From Lepidodermella squamata (lineage: Eukaryota; Animalia; Gastrotricha), in NCBI GenBank assembly GCA_047495785.1, contig JBLDXI010000042.1, positions 4,464,001 to 4,528,000 of the forward strand: 64,000 bases of DNA. Reading direction: 5' to 3'. Both the position numbers and the translations under genes were made by a program. Positions 36,999 to 51,673 of the stretch are shown here, piece by piece. How positions within the stretch are numbered: the first letter of the stretch is position 1; each line of letters begins with the position of its first letter. The notes below the pieces were generated by a model. It was not told where the DNA came from. It was given only the letters and a program-made list of their open reading frames with translations, and ran no database searches.

Positions 36999-38229
36999 AA
37001 AAAATTATCGAATATTTTTATGATTTACGAAAATTGGTTGAAATTGCAATTTTATTTTGGTCAAATAAAAAAAAAGAATAATAAAGTTTTCATTCTTGAG
37101 GCGTTTCTATTTGAAATGGGTGTGCCAATTATGCGCACCCTAAATTTAGGGTTCCAGCACTAAATTTGCCTTAAATACCTATGCTTTTTGAGTTTCATGT
37201 CTTCTCTGGAATCTCAATTTTTCGTTATCATGCCTAACCAATAGGCATTCGAATTACGCATAATTTGCGCTATGAGAGGTCAGTTTATGAGTTATACTTG
37301 AGCCTGCAGAAACGATATCGATTTTACAAATCAGTGATTTTTCCAATATCAGCCGCCGTGGAACCCAACATCGATAATCGTTCACCTAGCTTAGGGCGCC
37401 AAGTAGCCAAAATAAAAAATCCTGGGCTCAGGGAGGGCGTCAGTATCGATCAATAAACGAAAACTTCAAAATCTCAAAGAATATGAAAAATGTAGAGCCA
37501 TGGCGCTTCAATTTAGTGATAAAATTGGACCCATTTAAAATTATTCGGTGATGAAAATTCGCCGTCTCCTCCTAAAAAAACAGGGCGACTGAAAAACGTG
37601 TTCTGGATTCTTTTCAAAATTGGTGCAAACCCTGTTTACATCAGTCGTTGCAAATGTGATGCAGATGTGGGACCTGGAGGCACGCGAACAGCTGACCAAA
37701 TGCTGCTAACAATTAGTTCCAAGGCTATTTAAACGGGGATGTCCTAATTTTGTCTAATTTTTCTCCATATATCAGTAGCAAAATTTAACTCTTGTGGTAG
37801 GATTCTGTTCCCAGCATGAATTCCTATATCCTCCATAATAATAGTTTCATTTAGCCTCTTCTCGACTGAGCGTCATATGCATACCGCTTCCGGTTTTGAA
37901 GAGGGCTGAGGCGGGCAAAGAATATTTGTTACCCACCCCCACAGTTTAAGATCCTGCTTTTTCCAATAATTCGTAGTTTTCAATGAGTTAACAATCATGC
38001 GCCATTCATCTTTTTCAAAAGCGACCATTTCAGCTGGTTGAAGATCAGGAATAATTTTTAGTTCAAACTCCTTATTACGCCGGGTGTGTTTTCTTTTTCT
38101 TCGGCTTTTTGCCTGTCTTATTTTTCGCTTTACTCTTATTGCTAGATTTATTTTCCCGGCGTAATTCCTTAGTAGTTAGTCCTACTTTAATCAAACTTTT
38201 ATGCGCACTCCGTGGATCCATCTAGTTCG

Positions 38230-39729
38230 GGGTCGTCATCTGGGCGCAAACCATCCAAGTGGAGGCGCCCAAACATTTTGTTAATTACTCCTTCCACGTG
38301 ATCTAATAATGTGCCATGTGCCCGAAATACCTTAATCATTGTTTTTCTACAATGCGGCTCACTTCAATGAGACCTCCGCACAGAGCTAACCTTATGTCTG
38401 TGTTAGGAATGTAGTCCATTAGGGTGGACGATTACAATCGAACAGAGCCAGCGATATTCAATAGTGTTTAGTCTATTTTCTTGAGCTATCCATGCATTCC
38501 ACGACTCGCAGGCGTAAATGATGGTAGGTATTATTATACACGTTAAAACCTTCAGTTTTGTCGCTAAGAAAACTTGAGTTTTGTTGCACATAAATTTGTT
38601 CATGGCTCCAAATACACTACCAGCCTTGGAAATCCTATAATTCAGTTCCTCATCAATTTTGCCGGCATTAGCCCATTAAAGCCCAACGGCATCTTTTCCT
38701 GCCACCCTATTTTTAAAAAATCCTGTAGGGTGACTACAACCCCAGGGTGTCTAAAAGGCATATCTCCGCGCTGGGAAATCGTATAATATCGGGGGAAACG
38801 GATAAATGACCAGTGTCTGGTAGGCTTGGTGATGAGCTAGGAGCCGTTTTTTGGGACTGTCACCAAACTGCACTAAAGTGTCCTCAAAATCGATTTTGCA
38901 CGAAGTATCACCTATGACCCAACTGAATGCATTTCTAGATAGATCTCATCACGCCGATGAACTTTTTCTTTGAGAGCGGCTTCCTAGCTATCACCGTTCT
39001 TGAGATAATCGTCCAGGTGTGACAAAAGGTAAGGTCACGTGACAAATTGACACTGGAATATCTCAATAACGGTAGACGATAAAAATATGCGGTTTTCAGA
39101 TTCTTAATCCCCGAATTTTTCTCTTTCGGAAAAGTACGTGTCAACAGGGAAAGAAAAATGAAAATAATATTTTCCGAAAACATTTTCATTTTAATAATCA
39201 TGCTGCCTAAATGTTTGAATTTTTCAAGTTTTTTCCCGTATAGTTCCAATCCCTAATTTTCTGCGTCCTTAGAAATAATCATATATTGAGTTTTTGCTAC
39301 GTTGATTTTCAAGCCAAACTCGGTGCAAGTCAAGTCGAAAATATTAAGTAGTCGTTAAATTTCGTCATGGTTCATGCCTGAAAGTGTCCCATCGTAAGCA
39401 AAAGCTTTAGGAAATCGGTCGTGCTAATAGGAAAGCCCACTTTTTTGTCAGATATTTTTTCCGCAAATTGTGTTGAAAGTCGCTTTGAATAGCAAGGGGG
39501 ACAGCGGGCAACCTTGCCTTAAGCCCCTCGTTACATAGAGGTAATCTGAGAGCTCAGAATCTACTCTAACAGCGACTTTCTTTATTTTATATAAACTTTG
39601 AATAGCTTCGATTAAACTGGGATCTACTCCCATGTTTTGGAGAGCGGCCCATACTTTTTCTCTATCGTCCAGATCATAGGCTTTTTCGGGGTCTATGAAA
39701 ACTAAATGTAGTCCTTTCTTAAACAACAA
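38230..39729 (-). mobile_element. Decayed non-LTR retrotransposon (RTE-like reverse transcriptase), interrupted by an unrelated insert at about 38620-39190
   Basis: FIDPEKAYD, GLRQGCPLSPLLF, degenerate FAYD (FADD), GLKINVAKTQYM, FKHLGS, IIPTIIYACESW and YFGHM, with many stops and frameshifts. Confidence 0.9.
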
Positions 39730-40443
39730 GACTATAAGCTCCAGCTTTTAATAAATTTGCAAATATCAATTTTATTTTTCGCCCATATAGAACATTTTTT
39801 TATTCTTTGTTGACAGTTTTTGTTGAACATTGTAACCTGTAAACAAATCGGCATAACAACACATGGCTTTAATGCTTTTATGCATCCTTCTTGTATCAGC
39901 AACCGTTGCGGCTGAGAGTACCAAGAACCACGTGGAAAATGCACTAAACAGCGACGCTACTTCACCAATTCCATCGGCATCTAGCGGGGTGAGGGCATTG
40001 ATTTGATTTTTTTATTTCAAAATTGAGGAATATTAAAAAATCAGACTAAAAATGATTAAAAATATTTGGATTATTAAAATAAATTTCAAACTAAAAATTA
40101 TTAAATGCTAAATTAAAAGGGGTGGTAATTTCTGGAATTTTTACTTCTTGCCTTGATTTTATAAAAATCGTTAAAATTAGGGGTAAATTAGGGCACCGCA
40201 GTCTTAATTTTGGACACTTCTCTAGCATACTTTAACCCTCGTGGACGTAGTTTATTATATGAACAATCCGCCTTTTCACCTCCGTTGCGATCATCCAAGC
40301 TACCAGGTGATAGTAACAATAAACATCTTAAGCCATTGTAAAATAAGACAGTTTTTATCGAAAAAATTCGGGAAAAGTTATGATGTTTTTCAAGTAATGT
40401 TTGACTCTCCATGACATTTTTGCACCAGACTCTCGCGCCAAAC

Positions 40444-42973
40444 ATGCCAGCCGATTATGGTACCAATAACGCCAAGCCATCGACCGGTGGAAAGATTTCA
40501 ATGTCGAAGATCCACGCGGAAACAAATGTGAGTTTTGCTTGAACCCAATAGCTTTTTGGCCTTCAAATTAAACTGCAATCACCTGTAACACTTCGATTTT
40601 TACACTGGCTAATAAGGATTTATGTTTCAGTCGCAAAGCTCTGCCGTGCTCAAGCTGTACAAGCAGCTGGGACTAGCTAGTTCTACCAACGCTGACGCGG
40701 CCAAAGTGCGGCGGCTTTGCCAAGATCGACGAAGCAACAGGCGGCAACTTCGACCCGAATTGGCGAGATCCAAGCCTTAACACGGCCTGCTTGTACAAAA
40801 TACGCAACTTCACTCTGCTGCACCGCGTCACCAATTGCCCGAACAAGCAGGACCAGCGATTGGAAATCGTTCGTCTCCTGCTCGATCGAGACGCTGTTAT
40901 CAGTGGCAAAGAGAGCCAGTGGGGAGCAGCAGCGCTGCATCTAGCTGCAAGAAACAACCACTTAGCCATCGTCAAGTTGCTTCTGGAACGAGGAGCCGTC
41001 GTTGACATAGCAGCAATTGACGATTCGACGCCGATGATGGCGGCAGCTTATGGAGGGTCATTGGACACTGTCAAGTTGCTTCTCGACCATGGCGCGAATA
41101 TCGAGAGCAAGACCAACATCAGCGCTACTGCTTTGTATTTTGCAGCCCGAAAAGGCCAGTTGGATGCTGTCAAACTACTTCTTGAGCAAGGAGCTGCTGT
41201 AGATAGCAAGACAAACGACGGCTGGACACCGCTGATCACCGCGGCTGCCGAGGGCCACTTCGAAGTTGTCGATGTGCTTCTCGATAAAGGCGCGGATATC
41301 GAAAGCAAATCGAACTACAATGCCACAGCTTTGTATCAGGCTGCCCAGAAAAACCACACGAAAATCGTTGAACTGCTTCTTGAGCGAGGAGCTGCCGTAG
41401 ATAGCAAGACTAATGACGGCTGGACGCCCATGATGACAGCTGCTAATGAAGGAAACCTGGAAATCGTGGCGATTCTTCTCGATCGAGGCGCCGATATCGA
41501 AAGCAGATTGAACACCGATGCTACAGCTTTGTACCAGGCTGCCGTGAATAATCAAACAGCCGTCGTCAAGCTACTTCTCGATCGAGGTGCCAAGATGGGA
41601 AGCAAGACAAACGAAAGCTGGACACCGCTGATAACCGCGGCTGACGAAGGACATTTTGAAGTCGTCAAGCTGCTGCTCGACCGAGGCGCGGATATCGAAA
41701 GCAGATTGGACACCAATGCTACAGCTTTGTATCAAGCTGCCGAGAATAACCACGTGGCAGTCGTCAAGCTACTTCTCGATCGAGGTGCCAAGATGGGAAG
41801 CAAGACAAACGAAAGCTGGACCCCGCTGACTACCGCGGCTGATGAGGGGCACTATGAAGTTGTCAAGATTCTTCTCGATCGAGGCGCAGATATCGAAAGC
41901 AAATTGGTCAACAATGCCACAGCTTTGTATCAAGCTGCTCTCAAGAATCATTCGGCAGTCGTTGAACTTCTTTTGGATCGAGGAGCCAACATCGAAAGTA
42001 AGACCAACGAAAGCTTGACCCCGCTAACGACCGCGGCTGGTGAGGGGCACTATGAAGTTGTCAAGATTCTTCTCGACCGGGGTGCCGATGTTGACCGCAA
42101 ATTGGACATCAATGCCACAGCTTTGCATCAAGCTGCATTCAGCAATCACTCGGCAGTCGTTGAACTTCTTTTGGATCGAGGAGCCAACATCGAAAGTAAG
42201 ACCAATGAAAGCTGGACACCGCTGATCACTGCGGCCAATGAAGGGAACCTGGACGTCGTGAAAATTCTACTCGATCGTAACGACGGATGGACGGCAATGA
42301 CTGCAGCGGCTAGTGAGGGGCGCCTCGACGTCGTCAACTTGCTTCTGGATCGAGGCGTTGATATTAATCGCAAGTCGGACGGCATTGCCCCGGCGTTGTA
42401 CGTCGCAGCCGAGTATAACCAGACGGTCGTTGTCAAGTTGTTGCTAGATCGAGGAGCTGCTGTTGGTAAAGGAAGCCTGAGGGCGGCGTGACGCCGATGA
42501 TGAAGGCGGCTGAAGAAGGGAATGTTGAAGTCGTCAAGCTGCTGCTCGACCGAGGCGCCGATATCGAAAGCAAATCGGACAATAATGTCACAGCTTTGTA
42601 TGTTGCAGCTGAGAATAATCGAACTGCCGTCGTCAAGTTGTTGCTCGATCGAGGAGCTAAAATTGACAGCCAAATCATTGATGGCATTACACCGATTATG
42701 ATAGCGGCTAATAACGGACATTTCGAAGTCGTTGAGCTGTTACTCGACCGCGGAGCTGCTGTAGATAGTAAGAACGACGATGATTGGACGCCGTTGATGG
42801 CGGCGGCTGAACAGGGGCACGCTGACGTAATATCGCTTCTTCTCGATCGAGGCGCCCGAATCGACGCGGTGAACATTGACGGCAAGACTGCTTTGGATTT
42901 GGCTGTTGAATCCAATCGCTCGGAGGTTGTTGCACTGCTTGAATCGCGATTGGGACACATAGACAGCCGATGA
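40444..42973 (+). pseudogene. Ankyrin-repeat protein (about 20 repeats), frameshifted; exon 1 40444-40527, exon 2 from 40631
   Basis: Tandem TPL/TAL-xxAAxxG/N..VVKLLLDRGA units. Frameshifts near 40720 and 42480 and an in-frame deletion near 42277. Confidence 0.8.
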
Positions 42974-43193
42974 GGCCTCTCTCTGATAATTTTCGCTTTT
43001 TATTATATTGTTTGATGTTTACGCCATTGGAAGCTGACACTAGTTGTTTTAACAAATGAAGACGCATCTTTTGTTTCGCAGTTGAACTCGACTTTTCTTT
43101 CATGCAATCAGTTTGATAATAAAGCAAGAAAATAATGCGAAATTGTATATATTTTTAATGCGGGTTCGAAAAACTCCAAAAATTCGCCATTTT

Positions 43194-43232
43194 CGAGAAT
43201 GAGAATTCGAGAATTCGAGAATTCGAGAATTT
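43194..43232. repeat. 8-bp tandem repeat (CGAGAATT)
   Basis: Four to five direct copies. Confidence 0.75.
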
Positions 43233-44001
43233 ATGTATTCAGTCTCAACGACCCGTACCTGGTCGGTTGGTTTCTAGTCGGAACCTATCAGAAAATCGGT
43301 AAAAATATGTACCTAAAAGTTATCACCTATCGCAGGCTCAGTTATGCCGGGAATAAATTAACATGTAAATCGGCGATCACCGAGTAGCTATCTTAGTTCG
43401 GTAATTTTCCTGTTCGCAAACAATTGGATTCACACTCCGTTTTCGCCTAAGAGAAAACCGGAAAAATCCGATTGTTACTGGGTTGAATAATTATCTACAT
43501 TTTATCAGATTGTTTCTGGTAAAATCTCGGGTGGGACTTCGCGGTTTCGTTGAGGAGGATTTTTGCCGTAATTTTTCTGCGACATCTCGAACATCTCGAT
43601 CCGAGGATTTGACCAGCTGAGATCATAGGGCGATATCGGACCTGCAGCATTCTCGAAATTTTGAACGAGATTTACATGCGAACAATAAGATTTTGACCAA
43701 CCAGCGCGACAAAAAAATTGATTTTTTGTTCGAAAATAAGTTAAAAAAAATATTCAAAAATTTCAGAGCCTTCAAAATCTTCAAGCTGAATGATATCGTT
43801 GAGTTACCAGTGTAGTTATATTTTCAAGAAAAGCCCGAAAAAATATAGGTCCACTGAAATTATCAACTGACAATTTGAAATGTCCTCACGAAATTACACT
43901 TTATACTGCAACGTAAACTGGCTGTTTGTTGGGGCCAACTTGTTCTCTAAATGTTTCAATGCTAACCTGAAAGAACGTTTAGGAAACTATGGGACCCCTA
44001 A

Positions 44002-44061
44002 TTTAAGCTTATAACACCCTTCTTCTCATTTTTTAAGCTTATAACACCCTTCTTCTCATTT
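44002..44061. repeat. About 30-bp direct tandem duplication
   Basis: TTTAAGCTTATAACACCCTTCTTCTCATTT occurs twice. Confidence 0.85.
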
Positions 44062-46519
44062 CGGTGACGCGTGACATTACCATCAGAACTCCATTTTTCT
44101 TCAATTATAAGACAGACAAATGTTCGGTTCAAAATAATTAAACCGGTCGCGTGCTTAAAAGCGGAGAACAACCGCGGCCCGCGATCCTCTGATCTATTAG
44201 TGGAAACTATGCTTAAGTTGGACTCGGCCATTTAGCGGCGCAAATGACGCATCGCTCAAAGAAAAATCGATAAATCTTTCGAATAACGCAAAACGAAATC
44301 TAAAATAATTGTGAATTTTTCGGCTACTGAGAATTATGCCATCTATTCCAATATGATTTCAGGTACCGTATCAATCTTGTTGTCCACCCAGTGTATGGGC
44401 AATTCATACAATTCATACCTAGTTTTTTGCACATTTTCACTGTTTGTCGCTTAGTATCTTCATTTTTGCAGGTTAAAATCTGTGCGTTAAACTTTTCCTG
44501 TTTTCAGTTTTCTTCATGTGAACAATTATTAGCCTCTTCAACGCCATACTACGTTTTACTTTCAATAATTAATAGGTAAAGTAGGTCAGCATGCGCCAAC
44601 GAAATCGTTGTGCCAGAAAAATATCAGTGGGTCACAGCCATGTCACAGCAATCTGCGATAGTAAAAAGCACGTTACTGCGCATATCACTGTTTATTTTTG
44701 GTTTTTTGTGGCAAGTCGCATCTTTTGATTCGTTGATTTTTTTATGTTACCCCTGCTAATTAACATAAGCCTTAACAAGCCACCAAAAGTTGATATTAGA
44801 ACATCGCTCGCTTTGCGGCTTCTTCCGATTCCGGGTCTCAATTACTGAGATCGAACTGGTCTCTGTTGTTTATAATTACATTGTTGCAGTTTTCGGCATT
44901 ATTATTTCCAGCGCGATAAATTATTGTGGCCAGATGAAAATGAAGGGGAAAATAATTATATAAATAATTTTATTCGCCAATCAATATTTTTCTCCAGGCT
45001 AATTATACACGATACATGTCCACTGATGCTCAAAGCTGCGTCAACTTCCAAATAATATTAATCGCCCGGCAAGATTTGGTTGTTACTACGATTCATCTCA
45101 TTTAGAAACTCCCATAAAATAATTTTTGGTAAATCGTTCTAGGAAAAAAATAACAAAGAATTAAGGAAGAAATTATGCCACAAATTTTGCATCCAATATA
45201 CCTCAAGGTCGTAATTTTTAAGGAATGTTCAATTTTCTAGAAAGATCGATCCTCTGGCGTTAATATTTTCTTATTTATCAGTAGTATTTTTATTTGATTT
45301 TTGCTCACGCGCTTTTATTTTTCCCATTTTTTCCACTCTACATTCATGCCGGGTACCCGGTGTTGAGCTGGTGCCGGCTGCGAACAGCTGTCATGATTTG
45401 CGGGAAAATATTGCGCAAAACTAATAATAATAATAATAACCATCAAAACTCAGACACTTATTAATAATAAATACGTTCTAATTAAATAAGGCGCATGCGC
45501 ATACCGAAAAATCAAAAAGCATGTATATGTCTCGACCTCCCGGCTGCGAAGGGCTAAAAGCAATAAAAATGTTGTGTTCACACGCACGCGATCGCATCGA
45601 TATACTTGACTGCTGCAAGGTGTCCACCACCACCGCCACCACCGGCAATTTGTTGCAGTAAAATACAAATGTCTGCGTGTTGTTGCGCTATTTGACAGCT
45701 CGATAAAAAGTGGCGCATCTTGTTAAATAATTAGTAGCGCTTCTGCGTTTTACATCCACCTCGCATTTTTTATTTTATTTCGTTCGCTCACTCGCAGTTT
45801 TTTCTTGTGTCGCCGCAGGTCAGGAGCTGCTGCAGCGACTTTTTCCAGGCCATTAAATGCGCACGTGAGCGGCCACCAGCGGCCAATTTGTGCGGCAGAT
45901 TTTACGACGCGGGCCACTCTCGTTCTTACTACGAGTGTGATCGTTAATCAAAACGTCAAGTATGGAGAAGTGATACTAAAATTGGCCGCGGCCGCCGCCC
46001 GCACACACAGCGTACTGCTGTCATTAAAAAATCATTAGCAACGTCATCAGGTGAAAAGGTCGATTTTCAGACCAATTTTCGAGTTGCATATCAATCGAAT
46101 CATCACATCGAGCTCTTTCGATTGAGGTAGGTCGTAAAATACGTGATTTTCGCACCCAAAATGACCCATTTTTATTTGATGGCGCATGTGCGCGCGGCCT
46201 GACCCTGATGCGTCGCGCCGGCGTTCGAAAGCAGTGGCGCCGGGCTGTGTCGCGACGGCGCCCGACGCGCACGAGGCCGCACAGCCAACCGTTTTCGCGC
46301 CGGCCTCGTGCAATACTTCCCTCTTCGTTAAAAATTATTACCGCTAGCTAAATGATTTCACCCCAACGTGGCATGCTTTCTTCTCTGCCAGCATAGTAAG
46401 TAACTACGCAATGATTTTTAAACCCGAAAACACAGCCAATATTCGCATTTCTTGCATTAATCAAAAATGAATAACTTCACTCGTATAGATAATTCGTAGA
46501 AAAGTAACATTTTTAATAA

Positions 46520-49500
46520 ATGACGGATGGTGTTAGTGGTAATGTGGAAATTTTGTCATCGATTTGCGCGTCATCATCGCGTATGATCGACGACGATTTC
46601 GCCCAGCGGGTTTACGTTATCGCTAGTCCAATTTTGCTAACACTCGGCTTGTGCGGTAATTTCGCTGTGATCGCAATTCTTTCGAAGCAGCGATTCCGGC
46701 CGTTTCCGATCGCTACGCTTATCAAATCGCATGCTATCGTCAATATTTTCTGTCTTTTCATCGGTAAAATTTGCAAATCACCAAGCATTTCGTTGTGTTA
46801 ATCGTCGTTTGTTTCAGGTCTTTGTCTCGGTGACTATTTCCGAGCGTTGTCAAACTTCGATTTTCAGCGCCAATTCGGAACATGGGGTAAGTAAATTTTG
46901 ATTTCATATCTTTTCTTCTGAATTTTAGTTGAATATTAAAAATTCCTCCTAAACGGAATCAACTATTTTCCGCTCATTTTTAATTCACTTGTAATTTCGC
47001 TCATATCAGATTTTTATAACGTGAAGCTAGCGCTGAGAAAGCGCGGAATTTTTCTCCGATTTTTTTCACTATTGTTTCCTTTTTAAGCGCGATTTTCCCT
47101 AAAACGCTTGGTTTCTCGTTAAAATTCTGCTCGCCATGAATTATAGAGAAGGCTACGAGCGTACGAATTTCTGAATTAAATGAGGAAACGTTGACCCTCG
47201 TAGCTGCAGTTTTCTAATTATAGCGGCCTTTCTGACACTGTGACCCAATTGCGCTTGACATTCGGACCATAATTAGGTCATGGCTGCCATGCCGTGATTT
47301 GTTCGTCTGCCAATTTTATCATTGACATGTTGCCAACTTTCTGGTATGCGCGAAGGACAGAAAAATATGCGAAAAATCTGGAAGATATTCAAATAAATTA
47401 GACATAATTAAGGCTAAAATACCACGGGAAAATAAATTTGCGGAAAAGCAAGATATTTGCGAAACCTCTTGAAAAATACTCGGAAAAGTTGAAAATTAAA
47501 ACGTTAAAAAGTTAAAACGTGAATCTCTCTTTCATGGGACATGCAATCTCTCTTTTAGAAGACTCAATTGAATTTTCTTGATAATTTTTTTTCTATCAGG
47601 TTGCCGGCTCCACTTGACATTGACGTATTCACTGCGATATGCCACATCTTGGCACTACGTCACCGTGAGTGGACTTCGCCTGCTCGTCGCTGTCTCGCCG
47701 TCTTTCTTCACCAGCCGGCTGTGTTCGACAGTTGTGCGCGGCACCATTGCCTTCCTGCTGATTCTCGTCCTATCAATTGCCGGCTACATTCTGTGGTCAC
47801 TCGCCGTCGACGTACCGCCCTCTCCGCCTGACAGCCTTATTATTACCGCGTCAAATTTCACGGGGGAATCATCGTCGACGCTTGGCAATTCAACCACGGT
47901 GATTCTCAGCAATGCTACGGCGCTTTTCACTACTGAGTCTTCGTCGTTGGGTTTTGCCTTGAAAGCGAAAAATTCTTCAAAACCTATTTGCAGGTAATTT
48001 TCGAGCGATTTTGCGATTTTGCGTACCTGAAATTAGAAAAAAATTGAATTTTTTGAAAATTAATTATTCATTATAAAATTGAAAATATATTCGAAAAATT
48101 GGAAAAGTTGCCAAATTTGCTAAATTTTTGTCATGAATTTTTGATATAATTATACCTGTTATTTTTCCTAGGCATTCTTGTGCCGAGTTTTTCTACGAGA
48201 AATGGCGCCTTGTTGATCTGTGTGCTGCTATCATTCTACCTTTCGGCTTTGTTCTCATCAATACCATCGCAATACCGTTTTTCGTGCAGCGCTTCGGCCG
48301 GCTGAGAGCTGGCGCCGCCGAACCTTCGAACAAACGCAGCTCCGCCGTCGGCCCAACTTCCTTACCCCGCCGAAATAACTATGATAAGGTAATTGAAAAT
48401 TTTAATTAAAAACGATATTTTCCATTTTGAATGAAATTTAAATTTTTTTAATAAGTTAAGAATATTTTCAAAGCATTTTTATTTTTCTTTAAAAAGAGTA
48501 TATCGACGCTTCCAATTAACGATTACACCCCAGAGTCGTCGGATGTGATGAATCATTCGAATCAATTTTACCGCGAACCCGGGTCGCCAAGTCGAAAATC
48601 GCCGCCGCGCCGCCGTTGGCCGCTCTCCTCATCGCCGGTTGAAACTATGGCCGATAACTTGGCGGCTATGCTTTACTATCAAGACGTTGTCTTTCTCGCC
48701 CTTGGCTTGCCTGTCCTCGTCTACTTTCTTCTCGTTCATTTCCCACCGGCAGGTAATAATCATTTTCGCAGTAAAATATTTTTAGGCAATAAAGCGGGAT
48801 TTTCAGGCGACATATTTTGATAACGAAAACGGAACTGGCTCTTCCAATCCAAAGTTAATTGAAGATAGGCAATTTTAAAATCCATTTCATTTTCTTGCTA
48901 AAAGCCGAGAGAGGAACAAATTTGCAATTTTCAATTTTTTGCGATGACAAGATTATTTTTTCTATTGTTATCCTTGTTTAATTTTTTTAATTTGAATTGG
49001 CAGTTATTCCGGGTTTCAGCGCTAAATTATTGGAAAATTTCCGACATAATTTTTCTTAAATTCAGGAATTTCTTATACAAGGCTGCAACCCCTAGCGAAT
49101 ATTTCCATTTTTTTTATCTTTTAAAGTGTGGGAAAATATGCTCAAATTTCTGGATTTCTGCGTCCAAGCTATCATATATCGACCAATTTACATTCATTTT
49201 CCCCACAAGTTCTTGAAACTTTTACATGAACTGAGCTCTTTCAGCGCATTTTCAGCCGTTTTTCAGTCGAAAATAACTTGGGACGCGAGCTGTTTTTGAT
49301 GATTTTTCTGGTGGAGCGACCAAGAACAGTGTTTTTAAGCAGTTCAACAGTTTGAATTTTAAACACCAAACGAGACATTTTTAAACACCGAAAATTGGCA
49401 CAATCAAGAAAAATGGTCCTCACCCCCAAAATTACACTCCAAAACAGCAATTTTATACACCAAATCGATCCTTGAAAAACACGCTGCCAAAAATGAACCA

Positions 49501-50163
49501 GATCTCCGCAATTTTTTAGTTTTTATGAAAATCATCAGGCTTCACCCGCGACCCCGAGCTGGCGACCCCCGGTTTGAGAATCCTTGATTTAGTATAACTA
49601 TGCTAAATGAACTACTACTACGTATAGCGAATTTTATTGTGAAAAATTCAAAATTTGAAAAAGAATGCCAATCTATTTTCCAATTATCCAACATTTTCCC
49701 CATTGGATTTTCTCCAAATTTTTATTTTGAAAAATTAATTTCAGGTACCACATCAGTCATGCTCGACTGGTTGTACTCGATGCTGCCGTTCGCGAATCTC
49801 CTGCTGTACACAACAAACGTCGCTCAATTCCCGATCTACGCGCTGTCTAACAAAAGCACCCGCCGGTCGTCGCGATCGAACAACAGTGGCAGCAGCAGCC
49901 GCAAGCCGAAACGCGGCAGCAGTAATTACATCGCCATGACGAAAAAGTCAACAAATCAAGGCGTAATTGGTGATAATGACAAATTCGAACCGCCACTGTT
50001 CTACGCCGCAGCGCCGGCAACTGGCTCAACGTCAGACATGGCCTCATCGCCGGGCTTGAACGATTTGGGAGGGTTCAGCAGTTGCGATGACGCTGAGCCG
50101 AACGATTTCAGGCCAGATGATGTCGATCGCCTTGTTGCGGCTATCACGGGAGATTCAGTCTGA
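46520..50163 (+). CDS. Divergent class A GPCR (invertebrate peptide-receptor-like); exons about 46520-46763, 46818-46886, 47600-47993, 48172-48388, 48536-48751, 49745-50163
   Basis: TM1 PILLTLGLCGN, TM3 Cys (WGCRL), TM5 W..VD....ILPF and TM7 TNVAQFPIYALS; hydrophobic segments splice in frame. The exon 5 acceptor is uncertain. Confidence 0.75.
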
Positions 50164-51673
50164 GCACTGAAATTATAGCCAAAATTTCGTACTGTGTATA
50201 TCTTCCCAATCTTGCCAAAATATTTTAGCAACAACTTATATACCTTATAACAAAAACCTCGTCCTAAATCCGAGTCATTTGTAAATATTGAAGAAATTTC
50301 GAAATTCATGGAGGAGTTTTTAATTTTTAATTTTAAAAATTAATAGCTGGGGTTTGCTGGTTTTCAGACATGTAGAAATGGATTTAAAACAATTTTTTTT
50401 CGAATTCTCCAATATTTTTTTTTCATAAATTTGTCCTCCATGAATCTGTCATTTCTTCGCGTTTTTTGTCAATTTTTGGTTCCTATTTTTTTCTCATAAT
50501 AACTCTCTGCCGCTAAAATGAGAAAATTTGTGAAAAGCTGAGCAATATATGTTACAAATGAATAACACGATGCAATAACGGTGTCAAAGTATGCCTGACG
50601 AGCCTTCAAAATTATAGAAAATTAATTTTTTTGCTGCATGATGACAAGCAAATGCGTGGCTTTCAAAATTGTCTGATATAAAAAAATCGTATTAATTTTT
50701 TGTTGTTTTTTGTTGTTGTTTTGTTTCATGCGCTTCGGTGAAAAATATATAATATGTCTTTTGTGGATTTCTTGATTGAAGGCCGATTTGATTATACTAT
50801 CGTTGTTGTATTTGTGCCGTGTAAATAGTTGAGAGAATTCTTAATTTTTTTCTTGTATAATATTATTATATAAAATATAATAACGATATTAACAAGTTCT
50901 TCATCACCTATTGCAATATTACTGTACTTATACCTATGTAAAAGCAGGTATAAAGACTGTCGTTGAGTAGAGTTGAAATTTCAACAGCACTGATTCTGCA
51001 CAACTGATAATATTAACTTACGCCGTGTTTAGTACTGCAAAAAGAGAACAAAATGCAAGCAGCCGGTAATAAAATTGATTGATTTTACTAATTACTTCGC
51101 GAGTTTTTTCGTTAATCGATTCAACATTTGCATGGCCGTTTTTATTTATCGGGGTTTCGACAAGATCGGGTCCTAAATTAGCCCGGGTAACAGGCAAAAT
51201 TAAGCGAAAATTTCGGAAAGCAGTGATACTCGAAGAGATAGACGTGCGACGTTGATTCATTCATCACCAAGCTCCACATCATCACCAACTGTCCAGCTTG
51301 GTCCCAATTATGAAATATAGTAAAATCATGAAGTAAATTCTTTGCTAAAGCTTGTTCCAGACGAGAAACAAAAAATCGTGAATTTTCGCAAATTTCGGTT
51401 TCGATAATGAATTTATACATTTATATGCATTTAGGAAGACATTTCATTTGTCTACCGCACGCGTTAACAAATTAAAGATTTAAGGTTGCGTCGCATATAA
51501 ATCCTGTCAGTGGCGTAGCCAGGATGTTTTTTGAAGAGAGGAGGGGAAGGGGTGATACTTTTGTACCCTCAGGCTAACGCTTTTTTGGGCCAAGTCGAAA
51601 ATGGGCATAAAATGCAATACAAGTTGAAGGATTTGAAACTTATCTATCAATCGCCCCCTCTCTTGGGTGTGAC

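Noticed and set aside
41048-43127. Multiple antisense ORFs and periodic repeats that could suggest a CRISPR-like array
   Set aside because: They are shadows of protein-coding ankyrin repeats; there is no repeat-spacer structure and the context is eukaryotic.
48944-49744. AT-rich ORFs in the last GPCR intron
   Set aside because: Low-complexity intronic sequence; the true exon begins at the 49745 acceptor.
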